This document shows, one piece after another, positions 41,701-55,162 of a stretch of 64,000 nt of DNA. The stretch spans positions 1 to 64,000 of the forward strand of contig JAAPAO010000093.1 of NCBI GenBank assembly GCA_013115145.1, in the 5' to 3' direction. The position numbers and the translations under genes are program-made. The number at the start of each line of letters is the position of its first letter. Position 1 is the stretch's first letter. Below the pieces are notes generated by a model that saw only the letters and a program-made list of their open reading frames with translations, did no database searches and was not told the origin of the DNA. The stretch comes from Perkinsus chesapeaki ATCC PRA-425 (taxonomy: Eukaryota > Protista > Perkinsozoa).

Positions 41701-43577
41701 GCAGTAGGTCGCCGGCCCGAGGGTGATATTGCCGGACACGATGACATCACCGCGGGTTGCCCGGAACTCACTGAGGCCTGCCGGACTGGTTATGGTGCCG
41801 AGAGTGAGTCCAGCACCGGCCGACACAACTATCGGGACTTCCACTTCAGACACAACCTCCGACAGACTGATGGTCCCCGCCGCGTCCACATACAGGCCCG
41901 CGTCCTCGGTGATCCAAGCCGGCCTCGCTCGCCCCTGGCCGCGTATTGAGATTGTTCCGCCGGCATCGATATCACCTTGCGTCGAGATCTTCATACCAGC
42001 CGGGCCACAAGTTACACTAGATTGCCTCTCCAAGGCCACAGTCCCTCCGTTGCGTCCGACTATCCCAGAAGTCGCCGCTAGGATGCTCAGACTCCCCGCC
42101 GTCTCGACTGAAGAGCCCTTGCCGACTCTCAAACCGCCGTTCCCAACTGACATCACCATAGAAGAGCCGAGGCTGCTGCCCGAAGGACCAGCGAGTTTCG
42201 CTCCGCCGAGAATCGATGTGCCTTCGTCGGCCGAAATAGATACCTGCGTGTCGGCACCACCGGCACTGTCCACACAGGAGTTGCCGTCATCCTCACCGCA
42301 CAGCCTCACCGTTACATTGCCATCGATCACAATGAAACCGCTGACCTTCACCTTCTGCGGCACCACGGTCGTTTGGGCGCACCTATCACTTCCCGGCCTC
42401 CCTCCCACCGTCACAGAGGATCCATTAGCGCCTGCGTAGTAGACCGTGCCCGGGCTGCCGCAGAGGCATTCTGGGAGGCCGGCTCCTGACCCTCCGTAGG
42501 CGTGAATCTCTTCGCTAGGTGATACTGTGCCGTTCTGGCTGGCCAGGTGTATGCGGCCACCGCCCCCACAGCCGAGCTTCCCAGAGCAATCTCCGCCATC
42601 AGCTTGGACCTGCCCAGCCAGCACACCCAGTACCCCTGTCATCGACACCGCCCCTCCGCTGCCTCCACCACATTGCGCGTGAGCGTCAGAGCTGGCACCA
42701 TTAGCCTGGACGCAACCGTCAGAGACAACGTAGCCTTGGTCACTGATGAGGACGACCCCGCCTCCCCCTCGGCACTGGACAGCAGTGCCCTCGCCAAGCA
42801 GATCATCCGGCATGACAGTGAAGTCAATCCCACGGACTTGGTCACCCCTATCACATCGGCCCAGGGCCCCACCGGAGCCTCCAAGACTGCCACCGTAGCC
42901 TCGCTCGTCGTCTGTGGCCTCACCGTCAAAGACTGTAGCGGTTGAGTTTATGAGGGACGTCTTATCAAGAGTTAGGTTGCCTTCATGAGCCGCTATCTTC
43001 AACACCTAAAGGGATTAATATGACCACATGGATGTGAAATTTCTCCCAGATTTTTGCACTTTGCAGCATCGCCCATAGAGGGTGTTTTATAACTTTGTAA
43101 GCTACTTCAGTGAGCGAGATGAGGCGGTACATTACCAACATAGCAATGCCGTCACGCGCCACGAAACTAGGAGCCCTTTGAGGTGGTTTTTGTGCCGAAA
43201 TTGCCTTCACTGACCCTAATCGCAAAACTGAAGGTGTTTCCCGACGTCACTAAAGACGACCTTCATTGATACGGTTCACAGCCTACGAGAAAGGCAGCCG
43301 CTGACCACTCCCGACTCACCGAGCATCCACTAATGGTGGTGTTCTCCAGAGCCACACCGCTATGAAGGGCCTCCACCAGCAAACTGTTCGTACACTTCCA
43401 AGTAGCATTTATGAAGTGTACAGAGCCATTGCCTTTATAGGACAGCTCCGCTCCGCCAGGCAATGCCGCACGAGTCGAGTTAATCACACAGTTACCATCA
43501 ACCACTGCATCACACTCCAGGGTGGAGGCGAAGGACACGGTGAAAATGGCGAGGATCCATGCCGACAATATCACCAT
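38734..43577 (-). CDS. Large secreted/membrane glycine-rich protein (GGGSGG/GGGGRI repeats, Cys-rich module, TM helices), resembling the plant At5g11700-type family
   Basis: Signal peptide in exon 1; 1423-codon exon; CPSGRHGALCASCPRG, CPYACLPGYP..NPACLNPW, TM segment, HVSRLYLHGAN. The family assignment is from recalled motifs. Confidence 0.8.
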
Positions 43578-43784
43578 TAAAAACGCCTGCTGGCCCACAG
43601 TGCTGATTTAAGTGCAGCTCGGCACCCCTGCGGCGGTCCTGTGTCAACTGTCATTGACCATCACATCGCTACATCCAAATCAAAGAGTATGTGCAATCCC
43701 TTGCCGCTACGAACATGACTGTTGCTAATGATCGAACGCAAGCGTCTTAGAAAGGGACTAACAGCATTGGAGGGCATGTGCGAC

Positions 43785-45083
43785 TTAGGCATACGCAACC
43801 TTTGGGTCACGGTCTAGAAGCTCTTGAGTCAGGACCTCGTAGTTGATCTCACCAGTCTTGTCAGGATCGCACTTGGACAGAGCAAAGTCTATGAAATTGT
43901 CCGCGGCCTCGCCCTCCAGTCTCTCCCCTAGTACCTGGCACGTACTTACTGAATAATAGTAAGCCAATAGGTGCTGATTAGACATCTGATAGGTTAGATT
44001 ATATAAACTATTGATAGGCGTGTTGAGAACGGTATGCCGCAAGGATAGGCCTCGTACGAATGTAAGAAGTTGCCAGACAGGTTGAGGTTCACACCGAATA
44101 CATAATCTCCATTGACCCAGACATATCTTCCACATCCTGTGGCACCAGGCAGTGGGCTCTTAGACGAATTCACCAATGTAGCACACTGGCTTTTCGCCGT
44201 CTTGTCAATTTAAGTTCGTCAGTTCCGTATGTCTCTTTTACCACCTCAGTCGTATCCATCCTATCTCACCTGCAGCATTCGACGGAGCACCTCCACCTTC
44301 AGCACCCCACGGCCATCCGGGTCAAACGCTCTGAACGCCTCCATCAGAATCTGAAACGACACCCGTTCCCTCCTCTCCCTCCGCCGTCGCTGCCGACCTC
44401 CTCCTTCATAGGGTCTTTGAAACTGTCCGACTCACAGATACGAAGGAACGTATCTAGGTCGAAATGCTTGGTACTGTTGGGGTCCCACTCCTCCACAATA
44501 GCCTCGATGTCCGTCTGGAGGCCAACAACAAGAGCAGCTGTCAGTGGCGGCATCCATAGCCGACGCTACCTCAGTCGGGTTCTGTCCAACACTTCGAAGA
44601 AGAGCTGGTAGCTCTGCGTAGTTGATGATGCCGAGCTTCTGCTTGTCAAAAATCTGACAAACGCCACACCAACCAAGACAATCGTTTTTGGGACTTCCAG
44701 ACGGCTCGAATGATGAAACGGTATTTGTATATTGTAAAGCAGGTGCCTTGCGAAGGTTTGAGGCCAGCAGGCTTAGCACTAGTGGAGCAACTATCTCAGG
44801 GATTAGCGTAACAAACGTCGCTGAAGCACTCTGTCTTGCCGGTATAATAATTATCAACGAGATCATTCTAGGTACTTCGTCATACTGATTTATTAATAGA
44901 TCTTGCCGCACCGAGGTTATATGATAAATCAATAACGATCAAACAGGCGAAAGCCGAAGGCGTTCCTGCAGGGACCCTGCAGTTCCGACGCTCCACCTCA
45001 AATGCCTCCTTGAATGCTGCCAGCTGATCAGGCGTCAACTGATACTCCTCGACAGTAGGCTCGGCGGCGGCGGTGGTCGACAT
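43785..45083 (-). CDS. Calmodulin/myosin light chain-like EF-hand protein, 5 exons
   Basis: QLAAFKEAFE|IFDKQKLGII..ELPALLRSVGQNPTE, EAFRAFDPDGRG, GERLEGE, DPDKTGEINYE. Confidence 0.9.
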
Positions 45084-45182
45084 TGAAGTCTGCCAATTTA
45101 TTGACTAACTGACACTCAACATGTCCACCAACAGGCCAACCTTAACAACATCAACGTGGCTATTATCATGCCCACTCTCCCC

Positions 45183-47858
45183 CTAGCTTTTTGGCGGCCA
45201 GCTTAGCCGCCTGTTTGGCATCCAAATCATCCTTTGCCTGCAATGCCGCGAACTTATTCATCTCCTTCTTAACCGGCGGGTCGTACAACGGCGAGATTAT
45301 GCTGTTCTTCCTCTTAGGATTCTAAGCAGCCAACTTCCCTCCTCCTCGAGCAGTATCCCTCCAGCCGGCCCTACTACCGTGACGATGCCCATGGCCTCCT
45401 TCTCCATAAGCTGCTCTCGAGTAGTCTTCCTCTTAGGTGGCGGTGGCACCTGCCCTCCGATCTCATGGAGCCGATGTCCCCGGCCACCAAGCGAGATCAG
45501 CCTGACCAACGACCCTTCCCTCCCCGAACCGTCCAGCCCTGGTCACCTGTCCATCAACTGGAAATGGTCATTAGCCTCGGCGTGGGCCACCGCAGTGTAC
45601 TCCTTAGAGTCCTCCGCGTTGAGGTCGGCCCCTAGCTCCAATAGGAGCATGGTCACTTTGATATGCCCTCCACCAGCAGCAAAATGAAGCGGTGTTCGTA
45701 GTCGCCTGATCGGTGTGGTGGTAAAGTCTGCCCGACAAGTCCCTCCTACTTGTCCCGCAGATTAACATCAGCTCCCCATTCGATAAGCCGGCAGATGCCA
45801 TCCACGTCATTGCAGGCTGTGGCCACATGTAGGGCCGCCTTACCCTCTGCATCTCTCGAATTGATCCGAACGCCGTAAGTGTACCTATACCACACTTCCT
45901 TCAACTCCTACCCGAATGTGTCATTATTCTGAACTAGTGTACTGTAACCTAGGCTGGATAACGAGGAGCTACTGTACTGTATATTATACACAAGCCACTG
46001 AGCCAGCTGTCATTTCCCTACAGGAATTCCATCATCCTATAATCCCTCTGTCGAGTGGCTATATTAAACGGCGTCTCGCCACTTTCCGTCTTAGCCTCCA
46101 ACGGTGCTCCCCTTCTATAGCACAACTTCGCTAACCCCATATTATGAGTTCTACAGGCGTATCTAAGCTTGAAGCGTGCACCAACCCTCGTCCCTGGCAA
46201 CAACCATACTCCAGCAGTGTGTATCCAGTCTCTGTATCCTTTGCATTAATGCTGGTAGTCTCGAGCATCCTCTCCAACACGTTCATCAAGACAGTGCCAT
46301 TCCTCGTGATAATCTGTTTCAAATTAAACGTCTGGCATTTCGCAGCCTCTCTCTTCGCTAGTGCCATCTTCTGCGCCTTCAATGCAGCTCCGCCGCCCGC
46401 AGCCCTACCAACCACAAGCCTTCACAGCAGCGGCGCTCTCCCCGGCTCACAGGTATCCAGCTGAGGCACTCCCCACTAGCTTCGGCTCCTCCTCAGTATG
46501 AGACACGTTCTCCTTTGCTGACGAGTCCACCTGGCCACACAGTCTTCCATCCCACTCTTCCACTACCTCACCGTCATTTCCCGAGACTGATCATCACTGA
46601 ATGATCCCCTAAAGGAAGACCATTCCCATGTGTTGAATAAGTACCTTACTCCCCCTCAACTGCCGGTAATATGGCCATTGCTGCGGTGAAGTTCTCACCC
46701 TGTCTGGCTGAGTAGCCCGGCACACCCGATGCATCCAGCAATACTATCTACGACAAAATGACGGCTTATGTCGGCCTCGTACACATCCAGCTCGATCCAT
46801 GCATTATTCCCAAAAAAAGATTCCCACCCCTGCGAAATAGGCATTCGCATCGGCTTGAAAACACGCACGAAGAGTCCAGCCTTAGTCCACATTTTCCCAC
46901 GCCATCCCACACACTACCTTCTCCAAGGCCTTGGCCATCCTCTCCAGCGTCCCCGGATCGAGCCTCTCCCACTGCGGCTGAGCCTCTGCCGACAGAGCCT
47001 CGGCGGCCGAAAGATCCTCGCTGCCTGATCTGCTCGAGTTAAGCTTCAATCCTTCTGTCTCTTCCACTATACGACATACCTGTTACCGATCTCCGTGAAC
47101 GCTGCGCCACGAAATTACCTGCGGGTGGCCAGTGTCGGCCATGAACCTCCAAAGCTCTACGCCGGCCCGATGGACCACAGAGGTAGCCATAATGGTGCAC
47201 TGGCGGCCCACCGCCCGGGACAATCTCTCGCGATAGTTCAAAATCTAAACATGCTCATTCCAGCCACCCAGAGACACTGGCATACCCATGAATTAGGCTT
47301 GCCGGGCTTCTTAGCTTCAAGCGCGGCTCCGATAATTCCGCCCGTCTTAACAACAGAAAGACTTCCTATTTCCGGTAAGCCTCTGGAGTCCCGCTCCATC
47401 AAGGCCGTCATGAAGTACCTAACCCACACTGCTCGCCGTGGGGAAGGGACAGCCTACCCTAGAGCTCTCAGAGGGAAGTAGCAACCGTCCAAGGAGAAGG
47501 TCTTGAGGCTTTTGCCCATTGACAGGAGCAAACATATGTCACTGCAGCATGTCATTGAGATATCATTATACGACACGTCGACGTGTTCCAGCGAGGGGCA
47601 TTGACTCTGAGAAGGACTGGGATCTGGGCGCCCAACACTTACAGACCTACAAGTATCTGCATTAACGTGGTGAAGCTGTTGTCAGTAAGACTGGTATCCT
47701 TCAGATCGGCCTCTGCCACATCCCGGTTCCTGTATAACACTTCCCCCCACAGGCCCCACAAACCTCTACCTCATCCACTCGTCCATGACCCCTCTGATTC
47801 GCTGCACTGCGGAGCTAACTGTTGGAGGCTCATCTGGTGTTGCATTAGTAGTAGACAT
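45183..47858 (-). CDS. Leucine-rich-repeat plus ankyrin-repeat protein, many exons
   Basis: N-terminal LEHVDVSYNDIS and LKTFSLDGC; C-terminal GYTLLEYGC, GETPFNIA, GKAALHVAA, LHFAAGGGHIKVTMLLLELGADLN. Confidence 0.75.
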
Positions 47859-47915
47859 GTTTAACAGAATAGTACTTTTCCTTCCTCTTGGATTTGATCC
47901 TGCGCGGCGTCAAAA

Positions 47916-47936
47916 GCGCGCGCCATTCTGATCGAT
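47916..47936. promoter_or_regulatory. Candidate cis-element GCGCGCGCCATTCTGATCGAT (shared with 63866-63886)
   Basis: 20/21 identical to the motif upstream of the RNR small subunit. Lies 58 bp upstream of the LRR/ankyrin ATG in a divergent intergenic region. Confidence 0.55.
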
Positions 47937-48354
47937 TTTAGGCGTCGAATCACTGCACTTCTCACTAATGCAGTGCTCAACACTGATTGAGATGAACACT
48001 GGTTGTGTTATTGATGGGTGGAGTGAAATCCAGAGCTGCTTGGGTTGTTATACAGAAAGGTTAAGCTCAGAGACATCGGTCTCGGCGAACCGCGCATCGC
48101 GTAGTGCGAAATCCAGGTAAAGCTCGCACGCTAGCAAACGACGAAAACGCTAAACGCTATACAAATCAATATGAATGGTAGATTAAAAAGACACTTACTA
48201 GCTTCAAGGGCTAAGATACTAGCGAGGTCGGCTCGGTCACGAAAAGCGCACTTGTGTTCACGCTAAGTCGTAGAGTCCACACACTTGGATACTGTTTGAA
48301 CCTATTATTATTGACCAGTATAAATATTTTCTAAATTCCTATAAAGAATACACT

Positions 48355-50879
48355 ATGTCACCTCTCACTGACGAAGAACGTCAACTTTACGACTACCTAA
48401 CATCTCCGGAGGCCCACCAAGAGCACCTTTTTGCCGGAGTGGATAATATCGAGACCAACGAGGGTAACCCAAGGGTCACTTTCACGATGACCGATTCGGC
48501 GTAGGTGCTCGAAAGCTCCTGGATCAGCTAGTTGCTGCCGACCACACGACGGCAGGTGGCCTTAGAGACTATATTGCGCGTGGTCAGAAACTGCTGAAGG
48601 AATCCAGTGAGGGAGTGAACCCTTTTGAAGGATGTACGGTTGAGGTCCCTCAAGGCGAGAAGCTTGAAGCTGGTAAGTTACAGAGAAAAAGATTCACCGG
48701 CAAAAACTGCTAAACAGGTACCCAGAAATTTTCGGAGATGGAGCAGGCCGGCATGGACTCCTTGAAGGGACTCTGCTTCTGCCTAGTTGCTGGTGGCTTG
48801 GGCGAGAGGCTCGGCTTTCCCGGCATCAAGGTACTCCGTCATCTTTTGCCGCTTGATCCCATCGCTCTCATCAGGTGGCCCTCCCCGTCGAGACCCAAAC
48901 GAACATGTGCTATCTTGAGTGGTTCTGCCGCAACATCCTAGAGATGCAGCGGGTGGCTCGAGAGAGGTCCGGCGATAACACTGTCACTCTGCCTTTAGCA
49001 ATCATGTGCTCTGCCGATACCTATCAAGGTTAGTTCCCGCTCAATGGTATCTTAGCTTCACGCGTGGATGTTATAGGCACCATAGATCTATTGAAAGAAC
49101 ACAATAACTTCGGTATGGCTGAGGGTCAAATATCTCTGATGCTTCAGGATAAGGTAAGTTACGAACTCCTTCCTATTAGTGACCCTTAACCCGTGTATTA
49201 GGTGCCCGGGTTCATTAACTCTAGTGGTAAGATCGGTGTTAAGAAGGACGATCGTTGGACCGCCGAGATGAAGCCTCATGGACACGGAGATGTAAGGGCT
49301 TGTCACTCACCAATGGCGGAAAGGTTGTCGACTCAGGTCCACACTCTCCTACTGAAGACAGGACTGGCCAAGAAGTGGGTATCAGAAGGCCGTACAAATC
49401 TAGTGTTCTTCCAGGATACCAACGCCTTGGCGATGCGCGCAGTAAGCCGAGATACTCCTAGTCAAATCCTCTTTATTATTCATCGCTCAGATCTGCGCCC
49501 TTTTGGGAGTCTCAAGGACGAACGGCTTCGCTATGAACAGTCTTTGTGTAAGTTCTCGACTCCCCCCAGTGCGGCCTCTGCAGCGCCTTCCTCGCCTCAG
49601 GTCCCTCGCGTTCCCGGTGAGGCCGCTGGTGGCTTATGCCGACTTTCCTATCCAGATGGCCGCCAGCTTACCTGCAATGTCGAGTAAGTTGGCTGCTGCT
49701 GTTGATGCCGCGATGACGATGGCTTTGTATTCATCATCAGATACAACCAGCTTGGACCACTGCTTCAGAACCAAGGCGGCGATGTTGCTGGCCCCGACGG
49801 GATCTCACCGTACGAGAGTAGCTTGCCTGGTTTCGATTTTTCCGGGCTCAGGTATCCTGGCAACATCAACTGCATCATGTTCGATCTTCCTGCATACTAT
49901 AAGACATTGGAGGAGTCAAAGGGAGTTGTCCCCGAGTTCGTGAACCCCAAGTAGGCCTTCTTACCGCCTCGAGTTTGAACCGATTGTCTGCTAGGTACCA
50001 ACCTGGCAGCAGAACCGACTTCAAGTCTGCCACGCGTTTGGAGTGTATGATGCAAGATTACGCTCGTCTCATGCACCACTGTACGGCCCTCTCGCTGCCA
50101 TCTGCCGCCGCTGGTCACTCTTGTTCCCCTTAGGCTCCTTGGGCTTCACCATGATGGAGCGTTGGTTATGCTTCTCCTGTGTGAAGAACGCTACTGCTGA
50201 TGCTGTCAATAAGGTCCAGACCGGCCTTCCCGCTGATGCAGCTTTCTCCGGCGAAGTCGAGTTTTGGGACCACAACACCAGGATGCTTCAGACCGCGGCC
50301 AAGGTTAACGGTACGTTCAATCGTCCCGGCTGGGTCAGGTGGAAGTTTGTTTCTGGTCAGGTCAGTCGTTCTCCGTGAGCCATCCCGTCAATATGGAGTT
50401 CTTGGGCCTGGCCCAGAAGGTCGGTCCTCGCGTTGTTCTCGAGCCCGAAGTTGGTTGCTGTCTTGATGAGATCAAGAGGATCGTCCAAGGCCCTATTGTA
50501 CGACTGCGGCTTACTTTTCGTGGCGAGTGACGTTTCTCGTGTGTCAGGCTCTCGGCAATGCCGACTGCAGTATGATCGTGGAGGGTCCGTGCACGATCAA
50601 GAGACTTCAGCTCACTAGTGGTGCCGTTGTAGTCCATTCCGGTACGTCGCATCATAATTCCGCGGCTTGCTGCTGAGTGTCAACTGTTCAGGTGCGGATG
50701 TTGATTGTGATGCGCCCGTGAACAACAAGGGTTGGAAGTTCGAGCCTGTCAAGGACGGCGATAAAGTGAGACCGAATTACCCAATCTCTTCCACTTGATT
50801 ATTGCCAATATCTTAGGTTGATGAAGCAACCGCCATCCGTGGGTTCAATGTTGACAAGGTTGAGGCGAGAGACTTCTAA
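48355..50879 (+). CDS. USP: UDP-sugar pyrophosphorylase, multi-exon
   Basis: LVAGGLGERLGFPGIK, KPHGHGD|VH, FFQDTNAL, NVEYNQL, PGNIN, PEFVNPK, ATRLECMMQDY, FSCVKN. Confidence 0.92.
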
Positions 50880-51663
50880 ATTGTTTTTTATGTTTCGATT
50901 ATTCGGTACCCTACGAAACCAGTGCTGAAAGTGATTTTATACTAACCTAGTAACCTGCTGCTGCTGCTCGTGTTGTTAAGTATCATACCAAACTGCGTAA
51001 TCGTGTTTTGTTAACAGTAAATCGGTCATTCAAGCACTATTCATCACACTGAAGCAATGATATTACACGATTCTATGTAATCGAGAGATAAAGAGTGTGC
51101 TCATACGTGCGACCTGGCAGCTCGATAGAGTAGAACCAAGAGCCGGCATCCTACCAAACTCCGAGACTTCCATCGTGTATGTAACAACTCGTTAGTAACG
51201 CAGCAGATATAGTGTTTGAAACTGAGTTTCATTACTGAGAATTTTCGCTCAAGAAGGGCACGGATACCACCAAGAACTGATGAAAAACCCTTGTGAGATT
51301 ATGCACCCTCAATCGGGCAACTTCAGTACAAGTTATCGTCTTAGCCCGACCTCCTGCAGTGTAAATCCTTTCCCTAGTTTTGAAAATCTAATTTCTCTAG
51401 AACGCTGGAGTCCAGCGGCTGGACCGCTTCATCATAAGAAGATCATTATCAGGCTATATGATGCCGAACGAGTCACCAAAGTATTTTCCGAAAAAGTTGT
51501 TCAAAATTTGCGATTATTTTGAAACACCTTTACAGGGTTACCCTGTAGAGACCGCGAAGGAGGACGAAGCTCAAACCCTCCGTGATAAATCGTACGGCGA
51601 AGAAATAGGAATCGGCATGCTTCTTATGATTTCGATTCCTACAGAAGTTGTCTCGTTCATCGA

Positions 51664-52851
51664 ATGGCCGCCCTTAGCTCGATAGATGTACTGAGGGTAT
51701 CCCGGCCTTGTATGTGGTTCGTCCTGATTTGGTTCTATCTTTGGCCAACTGGTGGTATATGGGAGCTCTTCACCTCTTCCAGTTTTTATCTCGGACTGCT
51801 GACATCCACCTTCCCATTTAATCTGCTTATGTTTGGTATGAACGATATGTTCGACTTTGACGTTGACCAGCTCCATGAACGTAAAGGTGGTTTCGTCTTC
51901 GGTGCCAGATCGAGCAAAAAACAACTTGCCGAGCTACCTTTTCTCATCGCTATCAGCAATGCTGTTCCCTTAGCCGTCATGCTAGCTATAACAGGAAAGC
52001 TTACTCCGCTCTTGTGGGCTGGAGGCTTTCTCTTTTGCAATCTGCTTTATAATGTCCCTCCTATGTCGCTGGCGCGGAAGGGACCTTGGGAGCTCCCTTG
52101 CGTCCTTATCGGAGTGTCATGTGTCACTGCGTTCTCTTGTGCAGTTAATGACCTTCCGCTGCCCTCGATTGGTAGGAGTACGCTGTGACCACTGTGCTCT
52201 AGTTTGGGATGGTAATTCCAGCATCGTAGAGAACCTGGCTTACGCAGCACCCGGGCTCCTTCTGTTTATACTGTTCGAGACGGTGTTCACTAAGCCGTTT
52301 CGAGCAAAGAAATACGACAACTTAATATGACAAGTATCTTTTCTATCTAGCAAAGCTGTGTAAAGCTCGAATAGTATACCAATAGTCTCATTATGACTGT
52401 GGCCTGTCGCCCAAACTTCCGATGATCCCGTTCGTTACCTCAGGCGCCTGGCTTTACCACTGGATGGTTATGGCTCGCGGACAGTTACACGGCGAGATCA
52501 TAGACATTGATGACGATACCAGAGTCGGGAAGAATACGACTGCCGTTAAGATCGGCAAGCATCTATCTCACAAGCTCATGTTGAGCCTTACCGTAGGCAC
52601 ATGTGTGGTAAGTTCGTCGTTCTCCTATAACGCCTTGTGCCCCACAGCGACACGTCTGTGAAGTAGCCTCTTAGGTCTCCTATGTCCTACTGAAGTCGAG
52701 GCTCCTCGCGGCCTACTACGTCGTTGATATCCTTCTCGCTCAAATCATTACGAATCACGATTCTGAAAAGACTCTAGTGATATTTAAAATGCAAAGTTTG
52801 ATTGGTATACCATTCCTGGGGTACGCGTGGGCGAATAAGATATTTTCCTAA
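51664..52851 (+). CDS. UbiA-family prenyltransferase (CrtEb/LyeJ-like motif), 3 exons
   Basis: VSRPCMW, FGMNDMFDFDVDQLHERKGG..GA, LYNVPP..L..K, EIIDIDDDTRVGKNTTA. Confidence 0.85.
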
Positions 52852-54035
52852 CTAGTATGGTTACAGCTTTTTCCCTGCCTCCCTTGGTCTCGCGTTAACG
52901 TGGGAATACTTACGGCTTCTATTAAGCGCTGGGCAGCACCAGGGAATGTTGGAATCATCCTATGCATGGTCTGGTATTGGTTGGCCGTAGAGACGCAAGT
53001 AGAAAAAAGTTGTGAGGTATTTTGTTACAAATCGTGTAGCAAAGGCTGCTGATGTTAAAGCTAAACACCGAGTGCATCAATTTACTCTAATGTTTGAACA
53101 CCCGCCATTAGGCAAGGTTTATTCCTAGCCTATCAAGACTCAAGTCCATGTGCATCAATCGCAACCTATGGTGTACTCCCGTGGCGCCTCGGGGAGGACA
53201 GGGTTAACACTGACATCCTCAATGACAGTAGAGCCATTATCACATAGTAATACTTACCATCACGAAGAGCAAACCCCACGAGGAAATTCTACTGGCATCG
53301 CATGAAGACAGTCCTCAGAGGACCACATCCTGCTGGGCAGCCAATAGAATCCTAACTCAAGTAAGGAAGAAGGAACATCCGAAGTGGGTGAAGTGGGCAC
53401 CCATTCACTTCATGGTGTCAAGTGGGTAGAAAATTCGATGCCAGGGTACGAGATGACGTGGACTATTCTGTCTACTACTCGGTCGGGAGACATACCGCCT
53501 TCTTCAACCGTCGATTGTAGACGTATAATTGTGGAAATTTGTTGCTGCGAGCAACTTGCTGGAAGGCAACAGCATGTCTAACCTCACCAAGCTGGGTCGC
53601 ACGCGAACATCAAACGGAGTCTCTAAATACTGTTGCCACTGAAGGCCAGTTGGACGCCTCCTTGCGGCTACTCGTATACGTCACTCCCACCTGAGCCATT
53701 CGGGTGTCTACAAGAAGCACACTCAACACTCATGCATGATGCCTCCCAACGCGTCGTACGCCATACAGGTTGAGCTTCATGATCAAGTGCGGATGCATGA
53801 GCCTTTCTTTGAGTCACAGGTCGATTTGCAAAGACCTCTTATTTTCATTTATGATGCCATGAGGCATTAAATGTGGCAGGGATGCATGGCCTGATTGTCA
53901 ACACAACTTCTGCGCGTCATGGTGACGCCGTCACCAAAGCCCTCAGCTTGTCGCACTCACTTGCGAAGGTGTTTTTCCGTCTTCATTCGAGTTGCATCTT
54001 GAGCTTTATTACGATCGCAAGAAGCCTTTATCCTC

Positions 54036-54524
54036 ATGAATGTTCAAACCTCTAAAGGCCAAGTGAGGACTCAAGAGAAGGAATGGTCTCTTTATGGCAA
54101 AGGATGTTGTATGTTATTTCTACTTGGTATGATGCTGACCATGCTTGGATATGTTGGAGGCTTTCGTGACCCTCCTCCGATGCCTAGAAATGGCCTGTAT
54201 ACTGGCCTCAGTAACAGGTATTTCTTTCGTTGGTTCCTGCATGACTTTGACGCCGAACCGCTCATGGGTAGGGTTTATATTCATGCTATTGAGTATAATG
54301 TTATTTACCCGAGGGAATTCAATGCTTCTGGTATTCTATATTGGCGTGGTGGCCCTCCAAGATATCCTATCGAACTCAATAGATCGGATGATGGTTTGGT
54401 GAACCTCTCCCGTAACCTCGGAATGGACCCCCTTGATTGGCATGGGTTCGATCACGGATCAGATTGGATTGAATTATTTGGTGGCAGACTGCGATATAGA
54501 AAATATCCACCAGACGACATTTAA
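54036..54524 (+). CDS. Intronless lineage-specific protein with an N-terminal signal anchor
   Basis: 162-codon ORF with hydrophobic CCMLFLLGMMLTMLGYVGG followed by PRNGLYTG. Confidence 0.6.
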   Translation: MNVQTSKGQVRTQEKEWSLYGKGCCMLFLLGMMLTMLGYVGGFRDPPPMPRNGLYTGLSNRYFFRWFLHDFDAEPLMGRVYIHAIEYNVIYPREFNASGILYWRGGPPRYPIELNRSDDGLVNLSRNLGMDPLDWHGFDHGSDWIELFGGRLRYRKYPPDDI

Positions 54525-55162
54525 CGGAATACCTGGTATACGGTCTACCTGGTCTTTGGACCTCGATTATAACTCTTTAGATCTGACTTGTTAAGGATGA
54601 TAGTTCTGCCTCATTATTCTGGAAAATTCTCATATTTTATAGTAAGAAACAGTAAAGGTCTCGAAGCTGGATTCCACTCGTTAATGAGCTTGTGTTAAAA
54701 ACAAGTGTTCAAAGAGCTCAATAGTTGCTTTAACCTCTACAAGTTACCTTCAAGGTAATACCTCTTCCTCTTAAGAGGCCTAATCTCAGTAGCTTATTCC
54801 AGTTCATCCGAAACAGCTCACGAAACAGGAATGATGCACCTAGTTGTGCTAGGCCCTGTTGTCTACAACCGAACCCACACAACGTGATTCGGGATGGAGG
54901 AGTGTTATGCTAGTGTTGACGTGCGAAGTGGACTCTTTGGAATACTCCTTGTACTCCTCATCGAGCACTTATTCTCGCTAATGCCTGCTGTTCGGCAGCC
55001 GCCGGCCGGCGAAGCTGCAATGCTTGCCCCAGGCCCGAGCCTGGCTTAGGCCTTATCAGGAATCAGGCTACCGTAGTGCTTCCCCGCTGGTGGATGCTAT
55101 GCCTCCGTACTATCTTGACATACTGCGAAACACAACAGTGTCATAGGTATGAAAAAAGGAAA

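Noticed and set aside
53250-53258. ATACTTACC, resembling the U1 snRNA 5' end
   Set aside because: No U1 stem-loops or Sm site follow. It is better read as the antisense of a splice donor in a decayed minus-strand gene remnant (~53.2-53.8 kb) that I could not reconstruct.
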